A stretch of 63,647 nucleotides of DNA, the filler included, from Alloascoidea hylecoeti (taxonomy: Eukaryota): NCBI GenBank assembly GCA_001600815.1. It is 10 parts of 8 records of this genome, joined end to end, with 100 filler letters (N's around TTAATTAATTAA, not from the genome) between each part and the next. Parts side by side here need not be neighbours in the genome. Positions count along the whole stretch, not along the records: positions 50,388 to 52,246 come from BCKZ01000008.1; positions 52,347 to 55,053 come from BCKZ01000009.1; positions 55,154 to 56,956 come from BCKZ01000009.1; positions 57,057 to 62,288 come from BCKZ01000011.1; positions 62,389 to 63,647 come from BCKZ01000013.1; 5 more parts are not named here. One strand, 5' to 3'. Below the pieces are notes generated by a model. That model made no database searches. It was not told where the DNA came from and was given only the letters and a program-made list of their open reading frames with translations. The translations under genes and the position numbers were made by a program. Positions 50,388-63,374 of the stretch are shown here, piece by piece. Positions within the stretch are counted from its first letter, which is position 1. The number at the start of each line of letters is the position of its first letter.

Positions 50388-52246
50388 TTTATTTCTACCT
50401 TTTTAAATAACCCCAAGATATTTGTCTTTAATCGGTCTAGTTTATCCATTGATAAATCTAACGAGCAAAGTTCACTTTCTGAACTACTTTTTACATCAAT
50501 TCTCATCAATTTGCTATGATAGTAGATAATGTTGTTGTTCAATAACATCAAAGCACCAGAAGTACTATATCTATCATCTCTATCATTGGCGTGATCTGCA
50601 TCAATATAAAAATCGATTCTTGCAAGACCAGCAATAAATTTCAGAGATTTTTTGATTTTTAAGCCAAATTCTTTTGTATTTGTTAAGTATCTACCAAGTT
50701 GGATTAACATCTCTGATNTTTCCTTNCANTCNTANTNTGTGTATCTGCTGATATAGTTGCAAATATAGGTTATGTCNTATCTATAGGAATTAGATATATA
50801 CATTATCATACCTAGAACCCTTCTATAGTCAAAATTGAGTTTTGTCATTGTTAATTCCTCTTTTCTTATAAAGTTATTAGCTTTGTAAGGAATTAAAGCT
50901 TTCGTAATTTTATTATTTGTCTCGTCCCCAAGATCCAATTCTAATCCGATTTCTTTAATTGCTCCTTCTTTCTTCATTAATAANCATCTTAAATTTTCAT
51001 TGTTTTTAGTTAATTTCATTTCTAGTCCTAAAAGTTTTTCAATGCCATCTAATTTCCATTTTAATTTAAATTCATTTTTATTTAACAAGTCCATTAACTC
51101 CTTCAAATAAAATTTAGATTTGTAGACGATGGCAATGTCGTCAACGTACAAACCTAGGGCCAAATGTAAATTACCATTCGTTTCTCTAATAAATATATTA
51201 TCTAATTCAACATATCCATTATTCAACAAAAAATCTTTAATTGTTGCCTTCCATACTTTTCCTGATTCTGGNAAACCGTAAATACATTTCTTAATTTCAA
51301 ATACCACGTGCTCACTCTTGTTGTAAATTTGTTTGAAAAATGGAGGTGGTTTCATATATCTTACCTTAGCTGTTTCAGGGTAAAAGCTATTCAAATACGC
51401 CTTTTTGAAATCACCAGAAGCGAATTTCAAATCGTATTGTAATGCATAATCCATTAAAATTCGAAGACTTGCTAATGTCAGTGTAGTTCCATCTTCTTCT
51501 GTGAAAAAATTAAAGGAACGTATCAGATCTCCTCTCGCAACGCATCTTGATTTAAGGGTTTTTTCTTTTCCCATTGACTGCGGATCTGATTTTTCGGATA
51601 ACACCCATTTACTTGGTATAATGAATTCCTTTATCGGTAAGCTCCTTCTGTCAATTTCTTGTATTACGTTGTTTTCATAAAAAAAATCTAGTTCTTCTTT
51701 CATTGATATTTTGTATTTCTCAAAAGTATTTTCAACGTAATTAATTTGAACTGATTCTTTTTGTTCATGTCTTCTTCTTCTAGTTCCTCTTGGCAGTATT
51801 ATATTCCCTTCATTTGTTGAAATTAATAAGTTTTTCGGAATATGTAAATCTTCATCATCAAATGTGTCTTCTTCTTCTTGAATTTCAACATTTTCATTTT
51901 CGATAGCTCCTTCGTTTTCAGTAGCTCCTTCGTTTTCAGTATCAATGATGTTCTCATCAATAACTCCTAATCCAGTATTCTCGGAATATTTTTCACTTAT
52001 ATCGATATCAACTTCTTCTGAATTGATTGATTTTTCATCTACTTGTGTTTCCTTCAAGTTATCATCTTTAATTATCTTGTAATCCTTAGTGATCAATAAT
52101 TTTCCTTTACTGTTCAATATCAATGCTGACCATCCTGATATACCAACATAAGTTCCATAATCTCCATTATTTTCCATTTTTTGGCTGTTGGGAATTCTAT
52201 ATATCACCTTACATCCAAATGGTTTCACATGAGATTTTGAATAATT
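50388..52246 (-). mobile_element. Ty1/copia pol fragment (post-integrase region, RT, RNase H), open frame
   Basis: PFGC, KWVLSEK, KSRCVARGD, DFKKAYLN, GLYVDDI, DADHANDRDDRYSTSG, SSSESEL. Confidence 0.95.
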
Positions 52247-52346
52247 NNNNNNNNNNNNNNNNNNNNNNNNNNNNNNNNNNNNNNNNNNNNTTAATTAATT
52301 AANNNNNNNNNNNNNNNNNNNNNNNNNNNNNNNNNNNNNNNNNNNN

Positions 52347-52761
52347 GAATGTCTGTAGTTCTAGTAATCGTGTATCTTTGATACACATATTCTTCATCTA
52401 GATTTAAAGAGTCATGTAAATTAAAATCTTCAGAAGATGAGTCTTTTAATTTATATTCAGGCTGAATTGTGTGCACTGCTAATGATTTGTAATCGGCATT
52501 AGTGTAGACTGGCCTCGAAGTTGGAATTGAATATATTGCAAGATAACTTTCACGTTGAAAAGTAATTGGGTTGATACCATGGCAAAATTTTACCCTACAA
52601 ACTATGGGGTTCGACCANTTTTGTGGCTGTTTTGGATCATTCTGAATCAAAATTTTTGCTCTCATTGTGAAAACTACTTCTGGATATTTATAATATTTTA
52701 GTAAAGTTTTCATGGCCTTCTTATCTTGATCAATTATCGAAATCAAATGCTTTTTGTCCAT
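52347..52761 (-). CDS. Hypothetical protein, 3'-truncated
   Basis: 138-codon open frame from ATG running into the gap; no family recognised. Confidence 0.4.
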
Positions 52762-54360
52762 GATAAAATTATTATAGTATTGATTTCTAGGGATAATGGT
52801 AAAGAAAAAGAGCTCAAGTGAAAAAAATAATCATAATTAATATATTCATATGCATAATATCAAAAAGGTATAGGAAACGGTGTTGAAACTTTAACGTCAA
52901 ATAACACTGCATAATTATAACAATTCCATGTAAGATAGCAATNTTGAACTTCTCACTGATATCCCAATACATCAATTGCATGTTTATAATTATATTTTTA
53001 GTAAGTACTAGTAGTTATTGCTTTATAGGTGGTCGTAGACTATAGCTATGTGATACAGTAATTATGTTGTTGTGCTAAATATTATAGGTATCGATCTTAT
53101 ATAATCAGACATATATTTTTAATTATCATTTTAAATTTGGAATTTTAACCTCCAACATTACAATTTCTAAAGTTTCCTGTATTTCCATTTTCATTATTAA
53201 TTTTTATTTTTCATTATTCCCTTAAATTTAATTAATTAAAATATGCTTACCTTTAATTGTTTTGGATTTGGTGCACTTTCTTCAACTGCTCCCCAAAAGT
53301 TTTTAAACTATATCCCAATCATTTAAATTTTGATTAGTTCATAAATTATCACCATCAAAAAAAAAAATAAAAAATAATTAAATTGAAAACTTACTGTTTT
53401 TTTTCTTTCATTATGTTAAAGTTCACCTTATACAATTAAAAGTTTCTAAAATAAAATTATATTGACCAATCAAGTCAGTGCAAACTGACACAACAATATA
53501 TATGTAAATAGTTCGATAGATATATAGACTCAACTACTTAACATACTAAATTTTAACATCAATATTATCAATATATTTATATNAATTAATACACGAACTA
53601 AAGGTGTTAATAACTGTAAATAAGATAATTAGAATGGAAGATAAACAATCAACAAGTAGGTATACAGCCAATAGTCTTGGTCCACAAGTCGTCGATCTCT
53701 CAGAAGGAGTCAAGAAAATTGAAGATTCAAATGCCTTAATGAATAAGAANATTGATGAGATGATTNAAACGTTCAATCGGCTTATGAATGTCAAGGGCAT
53801 AACGAATAAGGATAATTTGGATGAAGTAGATCTTGAATGTGCATATGAAGAACAACAAGATGTGAATAGACCTTCATTTGCTTTCATTATATATTTTGAT
53901 TAATTTCATTTGTTTATCAATAATCTTTGTTAAATCTTCTTTTGAAATTAATTCATCACCTCCATTGTCAAACTCTTCAATTTTTGGTTTCAATATATTT
54001 AACTCTTGTAGATTTAAAATTGATGATTTTAAATTGTTCGTTGTTGGTGATGCTAAGATTTCACAATGTTCTATAATANTTGATTAATATGATATTAACA
54101 ATATAATAAATTAAAATGATAACATTTGGATATACTTACTTGTTTTGAGTTCACCAAAAGATAAAGAAATCTCTTTTTCTCTTTCTTTTAATTTCTCAAT
54201 TCTATCATTTAATTCTTCAACATATCTAATTACATTACATAATCACTTATCCCAAATTGTTATAAATAATTTGATTTCAATTCATCTTCACCTCCATCTT
54301 CTTCTTTTCTTTTCAATTCTTAAATCATTAAAGAATATGAAGTTTTTATTTTTATTAATT

Positions 54361-54459
54361 CCAACACGTCCAACACGTCCAACACGTCCAACACGTCCAA
54401 CACGTCCAACACGTCCAACACGTCCAACACGTCCAACACGTCCAACACGTCCAACACGT
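54361..54459. repeat. Perfect minisatellite (CCAACACGT)x11
   Basis: Counted directly. Confidence 0.97.
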
Positions 54460-54765
54460 ACTTCAAGTTGTCGTTGTGCGACTATAAGCATGTTTTTGTC
54501 ATATAATTCTTTTCGGTGTGCAATTTCGAGCATATTGTTGTTGTAGTCTCGTTGGGCTTTGATATATAATTGGTTTCAATACAGGCATAATGCCAGAATG
54601 CTCGAAATTGCCAAAGGCCAACGAGACTACAACAACAATATGCACGAAATTGCACACCGAAAAGAATTATATGACAAAAACATGCTTATAGTCGCACAAC
54701 GACAACTTGAAGTACGTGTTGAACGTGTTGAACGCGTTGGACGTGTTGGACGTGTTGGACGTGTT
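54408..54765. repeat. Inverted repeat: ~154-bp arms (54408-54561 / 54612-54765), 50-nt loop
   Basis: Mirror ORFs ...EIAHRKELYDKNMLIVAQRQLEVRV... on both strands, with a few mismatches. Confidence 0.93.
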
Positions 54766-55153
54766 GATCCTGTTGATCCTGTGAATGGATGTTCAACATC
54801 CAGATAAATAATCAAATTCTAACTGGTATAACAAATGAAAGTCCATAGAATGTTTTCTAAATTTATTATTACTACGGGATGCTTGCTTCTTTAAATATTC
54901 GAGATGAAACACATTATTGGATCACTGGTTTGTGTTCATTTTTTTATCTGTCTATATAATTTTAGATAGTCTAATTCAGTTAAAATGTATTCTTTTCATT
55001 TAAGAATTTGACACTTTCCGTCGTTCTAAAGTGTCGTTTTCTCACAAAAATCANNNNNNNNNNNNNNNNNNNNNNNNNNNNNNNNNNNNNNNNNNNNTTA
55101 ATTAATTAANNNNNNNNNNNNNNNNNNNNNNNNNNNNNNNNNNNNNNNNNNNN

Positions 55154-55273
55154 AATGCAACTAAAGCTACTCAATCAGTTGCAATAAACACTGGGGGTGC
55201 TTTTAATCTAAAAGCTAATTCAGCAACTGCAATTGGTCTTGCAATTGGGGGCTTTTTATTGTCGCTCTTCTAA
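55154..55273 (+). CDS. 3' end of a GPI-anchored protein
   Basis: NATKATQSVAINTGGAFNLKANSATAIGLAIGGFLLSLF*: small-residue omega region plus hydrophobic tail. Confidence 0.7.
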   Translation, partial: NATKATQSVAINTGGAFNLKANSATAIGLAIGGFLLSLF

Positions 55274-57056
55274 TTATAAATTGATGTAACTTTTGATTTT
55301 TTAAATTCTTTTTTTTAAATTACTATTGTTTTGAAAACGCGATGATCATGATTATATTTAATAAAATTTACTCTCGTTAGCTTGCAGTTTCAATTGATAT
55401 TTTAGCTTATTTCCCAACTTCGAATTCATATACCTATAATCATTTCAAGTATATTAATATTGGCTTAAGCCTTAGGAGGCCAATTGTTTTTATTTTTTTC
55501 ACTCTAAACCTTCCATATTTGCAAATATGTTTATTATACTTGTATAATAAACTTTTTTTGTTAAAACTTCTCGTTTATCATTTGTTACATCCTCTTTTTA
55601 GTTAGTAGTACATAGTTGAAATATAAACCTTAATGGAATATTATGATATATAAGCCTTATAGTGGTCTACTATATTTAATAGTCTCTGTGCGAAGAAGAA
55701 TTTATATTATTATCCTGCCAGAAGTCTAGTCTCTGTACCAGTGAATTGCATGTACGTACAATGAGCCACAAACACACCTACAAACCCTCACCACCCTCCT
55801 CATACCATCCTCCATTTTTGAGAGAAAATGGAATAGATATGCACGAAATCCACGTGCGGCTTCCTAAACGGGAAATTAAGGTGCCAGTTCATCAGACTTC
55901 AACTGCATGTACATATGTAGTAGTCTACTACTCTTAATTATAATCAAAAATTTGCATTAAGATTATGTAAGCTTATTATTTGAAAGATCGATACATCCCT
56001 TATTTGCAATTCATGTATAAATTTATATAGTGCAATATTGATATTGCAATTAATGTGTTCAATTCCTCATATAAGGTCCTTATAAGCTTGAGATTTGGAA
56101 TCTTCGCGTAATCTCTCATGATAGCTATAGGCAGGCCTATTGGTGTTCGTGATAATATTTCGAGCTATAATACAATATTTGCAGTACAATATTGAATTTT
56201 CAAACCACTTAAGCTTCGAATTCCTTCTTGGGGAGATCTCATCAAATCCATCATGGTACGATTCTCTCTTTCCACACCACCATTTGACATGAGTGTATTT
56301 AGTGCATTATAGCAAGTCAAACAGAAATTGTTTCTCTCTAGAGTTTTTTAAGAATTCCGTGTTTAATAATATTATAACCATATCCTACATGTATGGCATT
56401 GTATGCAATACATACACTCTACGCATACCATTGGTTAGATCTGAGACACAACTTATAGATATTTATTACAATGTATCTTTACTAATGGAAAATGAATTTT
56501 CATAAGATGAATTAGATAATACTCTTATTTCCTCGAGCTCAAAGGTCGTTTTTTCAAAGAGGCTAAGTAACCTTTATCTTCGAGGTATAAGAAATTAAGA
56601 ATTAAATTACTTTTAAGAAAACATTCAACAATAATATTAATACTGGTGCATCTATTTATTATGAGTTTGATAGTAATTATAATCAATATCTTGCAAATTA
56701 TAACTAAACCAACTAATATATCGAAAAGAGACATCGATGCAAATATAATAACTGGAAATTATTTACTTTCTTTGATTATAATTATGCCGACTGTCTTGTA
56801 CGACAGATTTACAGCTTAAAATAAACTTAGGGAATCGATAATTCATTGATATAAATCAGAGTTGATTTCCATCCAACATGTTTGAATATCCACAAAATTT
56901 GATTACATTCATTCAATTGAGAGAGTCATTTCCTTTCCTTCGCTACTTTTCTATCCNNNNNNNNNNNNNNNNNNNNNNNNNNNNNNNNNNNNNNNNNNNN
57001 TTAATTAATTAANNNNNNNNNNNNNNNNNNNNNNNNNNNNNNNNNNNNNNNNNNNN

Positions 57057-57398
57057 TCTAGTAATTGTGGTCGAGACGAGTTACCGAGATATGAAAAGAG
57101 TAAATGGGACTTGCTGAGAAAAAGGAACTTATAGTTTACAATAAGCTATAAGCTATATTATGTATATGTAACAAAATGTGGAATAACTAGTATACGTCAT
57201 ATTTGATGTATTGATGATAATTGTAATTTACGATATAACTTTATATTATCTATTATATATTGATTAGCTTCTTGATTTTCACAAATGTATGAATCAAAGT
57301 TCAAAGTTTGTGTTAATGACAGCTGATTCAATAGTAATTTAGATTGATAATACATAACAGATATTATTGGTTATGTTTTAATTTTAATAATATTCCCA
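57057..57398 (-). repeat. Left arm of an inverted repeat (at least 342 bp, cut by contig start), LTR-like start
   Basis: Reverse complement of 61795-62136; the inner edge reads purine tract then TGTT. Confidence 0.95.
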
Positions 57399-58207
57399 AT
57401 AACAGACTCCCCCACCACTATATTTCTAAATATTACTATTTGATTCTAAATATATCAGAAAGAAGCTTAAAAGCCATATGAAATGCTTTTGTGATTTTTC
57501 CAACGTTAACATCGTTTGCTATATATAAACATGTATGGAATATTTAAATGAGAGGTTATACTTAACTTATATATTGAAACCAATCTATTATTATACTTCA
57601 ATATATATCATCTACTTTTCTTAATTTATTTACTTTATTAACATGTTTAATACAAAAATGGCAAAAGTTAACAGTACTATTTACTATCAGGTGATAAGCA
57701 ATTTACATATATCATGTTAATGATATAGGTATAATATATCAAATCGGAAATATATGACTATAATGAATAAAAGAAGCACAAATGAATATAGATAAACAAA
57801 TTGTGGGTTAGATGAAGCAATGTGAGTTAGGAATAGTAAGTTAAATATAAAATTAAATATATTACTAATAAAATATTAAAGCTTCTGATAAATTATATAT
57901 ATATAAGCCATCTTTTGTATAATGGAAGGAGAAAAAATAAGTTATGAATATAAAGTTAAATAGCCAAAACCTAATTTCTTTTATACTAAAGGTTTTCAAC
58001 TTGATAGTAAAAATAATAATATAATTATGAAATAATAGTGATATGGACGATCACAAATTCTTTTCAGCAATATATAGCAGTGAAATATGCTTTTTAATAT
58101 TTGATAGATCTTTGAATTGATGTGAGAAGAGCTGATATTACTGTTAATGCAACTACAATATAAAAAAAACACTAAGGTTAGTAATTTCTTTAGAAAAAAA
58201 AGGTTAT

Positions 58208-59059
58208 TCAGAACTTACTACCAAGGAAGAAAATTCCAAATCCTGGAAGAATATAATCTAACTTTTTAGATATAATGTTCGAATAAAAAGTAATAATCAT
58301 TGTCAATGAGCTCCATAGACCAGCCGACAAGTCTTTATATATGCTATGTTTTTTATCCAATAGTTTTTCTAGGATATTTTCATAATCAAAATTTAATATA
58401 TAGCCACATACACATGAAGAGAGACCTTTCATTACCAATAAAACATAGTAAGCCCACTCGTAACGAAAGTCAATTGATATTGAAATCACTCCTAGAAAAT
58501 CACAAATAAGTGCGATACTTAATGATATATACAGCACGATACCATTCTTTTTAACATCATTTAATGGAGGCAAATTTTTAGACACCTTATAGGCCATCAC
58601 GTATAACACACCGTAATATATATAAATATTACTTTTACGAGCATTACCTAAATAGTAAAACTTATTTAAGCAATAGATTGTTTTACATTCATCATCAGTG
58701 ATGTCGTTTTTCAATATGCCAGTGTTTGCACTTATTAAACCATTCGATATTAAAGTTAATAACAAAAAAACTATTTTCTCTGCTTTTTTATCACCGGATT
58801 TGATACCTGATTGTAGGTCGCGAGTTACAGGATCATCTTGGTCGCAATTAATTCCAATTGAATCTTTAACAAGATTTGGAGTTGGAGTTGGAGTTGGAGT
58901 TGGAGTTGGAGATCTGAACGCGTTGGAATCAGAAATATCCAGGTGTTCAATCGGATTATCAGGAACAGCATTGCAATTGGAACTCATATTGCAATTATTT
59001 TCCTGTATGAGGTCCATGTCTTCTAGTTCATAGGATTCAGATATTTTGTTGGATTCCAT
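58208..59059 (-). CDS. First exon of a divergent multi-pass membrane protein (possibly MFS-like); may be decaying
   Basis: 283-aa ORF with several hydrophobic segments; intron GTAAGT...TACTAAC-CTTAG at ~58172-58218; the downstream frame is short. Confidence 0.55.
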   Translation of the reverse strand: MESNKISESYELEDMDLIQENNCNMSSNCNAVPDNPIEHLDISDSNAFRSPTPTPTPTPTPNLVKDSIGINCDQDDPVTRDLQSGIKSGDKKAEKIVFLLLTLISNGLISANTGILKNDITDDECKTIYCLNKFYYLGNARKSNIYIYYGVLYVMAYKVSKNLPPLNDVKKNGIVLYISLSIALICDFLGVISISIDFRYEWAYYVLLVMKGLSSCVCGYILNFDYENILEKLLDKKHSIYKDLSAGLWSSLTMIITFYSNIISKKLDYILPGFGIFFLGSKF

Positions 59060-61794
59060 TTCAATGTATATGATGGGAAGAATGTAGTCAGAGCTATTAT
59101 TTATTTTGGTTTTTATACATTTACCCCTTTACATCAGTACTACATAATATTTGACTGGTCACCAATCCAGGGACTTTGAAAATTACAAGCCACAATTAAA
59201 AAATTTAACCATAGTTTCCAAATTGTAACCTACAACTTTCTTTACCTTTTTTAACTTTTAAAGCAAAGCCTATTCCAAACTATAGAATCTTCTTCCACAA
59301 TCGGCAATGTAGTAACCTTATTCACACACATTTATTTTCATTTTTATTCCATGTCAATGACAATGAATATCCGGGGTGGAAATAGAAAAATGTATCTGAA
59401 AACTTTGACCACTAATCAACAGAGTTCTTTTTGATTAACATTATTCTTGACTTGAAGTTGTACGTTGTTGCTCATTGGTTACCAAATTATACCATAAAAT
59501 TTATAAGAAGCCAGTAAAATTAAAATTATATTGTGTAAGCTAGGTAGGTAGATTTTATATGAGATGTGCCAACAGAAGGTGGGAAGTAAATTGAGATGTT
59601 ATAAGATTCAATTGGGCATCGATAATGATCTTATTATGTGATGGCACCATAGAAATCTTGAAATATAACTTTGACGGCTATTTATGAAGTAATAAATTAG
59701 GCTATATATATAGGTATATAATTTTAGAAACATGTATTGAATTTATTATTAAAACTTATTCAGAATCAAAAGTCGAAGGAAAACTTTTAAATATAATTGT
59801 TAACGATTGTAATGATGTTATAATTACAACTTCTCTACCGGCATTTAATTTGACTACTTGCTAGCTATGGGAGCTAAATTCGTACACCACCTTAACCAGA
59901 TTTCACAGAAATAGCAAAGTTTTTTCCCCTTTCTTTTTTTTTTTTGTAATTTATTGAACAAAGCCACTTATTTACAACCATTACTACACAGACAACTACA
60001 ATTTAAGCAATTGCAATACATATGTCCTATGCGTACTACAAATAAGTTTTGACAACTGCTGATATTGTTTCCAATATCCTTGATGAAATAATCTTTTTGC
60101 ATTTGCCACAAAAAAACTTGTCACACTTCAAATACATGTAGTCCGATACCACAACACATAAGCTGTAGTGGTAATCAAAGCTGGAGCAACCTTAAGCTTA
60201 AAGTAAAAGGTTGCATATAGAGCGTTCATGACTGCAACATCACATTTCATTTAGGAAAATCTATTTATGAAAAATTATATGTGCAAAGTACCATTTCCAG
60301 ATGATTTACATTCATATGATATCGATGTATGCTTAATATCAAATAGTTTTAATATCCCAATTGCATTAGGACTACCATTAGGTTTAGGATCAAGTAATTT
60401 ATTTCTAATAATTTAAAGAGTATATTATAGTATATTATTTCTTTCAAATTATTATAAACAAAATCAATATTAAAACCCTTAAATCCGTAAACTTGTTGCG
60501 TTGATATGTTGAGATTATTGTATTTATTGATTCTTCAGTGATTGATGAAGTTGATATAGAATAAGGTTATTTTCAAATATTAAAAAATATTATCTCATTT
60601 CCTTCGAAAATGTGTGCTTTTGTTGTCCGTCTACTTTTATCTTATTAGTTTTCCAGTTATATATAATTATAACAAAAAATAACAATACTTACTCTTTTAA
60701 ACATTTCTTTTTCTTCAATAAATTTTTATTCATTCCTTTGAATGTACCATCAGAACAATATTCTAATGATATAAAAGCACATGTGAAAAGTTTGAAATTT
60801 TTAGCCAAACATGATTATAATGATTATAATTAATTAAATTATAATTAAATTTTAATAAGATTATGTAAGGGGAAACTCGTTCACGCAAACTATTTGTATG
60901 TTGTCTTACTGTGCATATACATTTATTGACTATTTTGGAATTATAAAAATTATGACACTTTGCGTTACACAATCTCTCTCAATCTGTCAAATCACAGTTT
61001 GATAAGATTGATAAAATTTTCAACTTCATTGAAGAGTTTCTTGATATTATATATGCTTGTTCCGGTATAGCAATAGTTAATTTTCAAAATATAGCAATAT
61101 ATTCATTAGCACCTAAATCAAAACAAATCCAAGAAGATATACACGCTATGGACACAAAAAATCTGCGAATACAAACACCATTGATTGTTACATTCTGTAA
61201 GAGTTGATGTAATTGATTTTACTTTGCATTGGATATTTAATCATCAACATTATATACTTGAAGATACATACGATGAAGTTTTAAAACATCCATACTGCAT
61301 ACAAATAGAACACAAAACGCACAAAATGATTGAGAAAATGGAATCCAATATTTATTCAAAATAGATGATTTATTAGAATTTTATAGAAATTATTGTTATA
61401 TTGAGAAATCTTAAATGTAACGGAATGGTTATTTTAGATCGAAATTATTCAACGGAAAATTAGTAAAGCAACAAACGAAGCTAACGTTGGAAGAATCACA
61501 AAGGCATTTCATATGACTTTTAAGCATCTTTCTAATATATTTAGAATCAAATAGAGATATTTACATATATTTTTCGCCGCTTAACTTCTTGAGCTTTACA
61601 GGCTCTGTCATTGTGTCTAATGACTGCTTGATATATTACAAAAATAGTAAAATGAATTCAAGATAAAATTGATGCATAAATAAAACATCAATGAAACATT
61701 TATATGGAATTCCATTGGTTCACATATTATTAACCCCGATTATTTTAATTCTAAAATCAAAGCATCCAATAAATATAGTAGTAGGGTCTGTTTT

Positions 61795-62136
61795 TGGGAA
61801 TATTATTAAAATTAAAACATAACCAATAATATCTGTTATGTATTATCAATCTAAATTACTATTGAATCAGCTGTCATTAACACAAACTTTGAACTTTGAT
61901 TCATACATTTGTGAAAATCAAGAAGCTAATCAATATATAATAGATAATATAAAGTTATATCGTAAATTACAATTATCATCAATACATCAAATATGACGTA
62001 TACTAGTTATTCCACATTTTGTTACATATACATAATATAGCTTATAGCTTATTGTAAACTATAAGTTCCTTTTTCTCAGCAAGTCCCATTTACTCTTTTC
62101 ATATCTCGGTAACTCGTCTCGACCACAATTACTAGA
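61795..62136 (+). repeat. Right arm of the inverted repeat
   Basis: No mismatch seen against the reverse complement of 57057-57398. Confidence 0.95.
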
Positions 62137-62501
62137 AACTTTGTGTTCTGGTGAACCATATACACATGATGATTTCAAAGAACTACCTTTAGATATTGAT
62201 ACAATATCAAGAGGTACATTCAAAGAAAATCGATAACTATTGGTCTCCGAGATGGTTGATGAAAAAGAATTATAATTAATTTTTTGTCNNNNNNNNNNNN
62301 NNNNNNNNNNNNNNNNNNNNNNNNNNNNNNNNTTAATTAATTAANNNNNNNNNNNNNNNNNNNNNNNNNNNNNNNNNNNNNNNNNNNNAGAAGATTTTGT
62401 CCTTTATATAGTTAGCTATGTAAGTGGTATACGAAAATAATAAAGTGGAGTAAGTGCTATAAGAGCATAAGAAAGGTGGGAAGGATTCTCATAAGAGAAT
62501 A

Positions 62502-63340
62502 TTAAACAGATAGATGAAAAATCACATGATAAGTCATGTAAAAATAGAAAGTTTTCAAGTATAAAATAAAGATGACAGGTAAGATAGAAATGCATGATTT
62601 GCATGATTGTATTGTTTCTTTTGTTAAGGTGTTGTTACCATCTAAAGAAGCGTCATTCGTTTCAGTGTCTTCATCAAGACTAGCAAGGACATTAAAAGAG
62701 TTGTTATTACCAATAACAGTTGAGTTTCCATAGGAAAATGATGAATTTTCTTCTGAAAGATTATTGGTCATATTGGAACCATTATTGTGAGTAAAGTTGT
62801 TAGCAAAAAGAAAGATATTATCAACAGTTTTAAATGCAGAAGTAGTTCCGATTATACCATCATCAGTTAATACTTTNGCAATTTTACTGGACTTCTCGTA
62901 ACCAAGAAATACTCCGCTGAAGTTTTTATGAAAAACTTTATTNGGGTATTTGTTGTAATTATATAGATAACAAAGACATCCGAATGCTGGAAAACTATTG
63001 TGTTGTAATTTGATGCATCGGATTTGTTCAAACGGAGTTAATGTGCTTCCTGCCTTTGTAATGCTGTTGTTCAGATAGATGCATAATAAAATGCATAAGA
63101 CCAATATTCTGTATGTACATTACTAGTAGCAATCATGTTTAATTTTGTTCTGTACAATTTGGTTGTTCTTTTCACTCACACCATTTTGAAAACTGCTATG
63201 AGGGGCTGTATTCTCTAGAATTATACCATTTTGTTCACAAAAGTTAATGATTTTGTTTGTATTGAATTCATTATCAGTTCTTAAGTGGATGATAGAGTGA
63301 TTATTGAAAGACAATATGTTATTCATGCGTTTCAGTAAGA
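62502..63340 (-). mobile_element. Ty1/copia integrase core and downstream relic, same family as the palindrome integrase
   Basis: KRMNNILSFNNHSIIHLRTDNEFN...TAPHSSFQNGVSEKNN; TPFE...FGC...GVFLGYE; frameshifted. Confidence 0.9.
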
Positions 63341-63374
63341 AATATTAATAATTAGAAGAAAAACTGAAAAATGA

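Noticed and set aside
54361..54459. 9-bp array as a telomeric repeat or CRISPR-like array
   Set aside because: No spacers, internal position, and the mirror copy varies in a codon-like way; a telomere identity cannot be supported without chromosome ends
55154..55273. GPI tail being the missing end of the cell-wall gene at 18178-19036
   Set aside because: Plausible, but on separate contigs with no overlap
60000..61760. Possible hAT/MULE transposase relic
   Set aside because: Only vague Cys/His spacing in broken frames; no diagnostic motif
57400..61790. Mating-type genes between the inverted repeats
   Set aside because: No HMG, alpha-box or homeodomain sequence recognised
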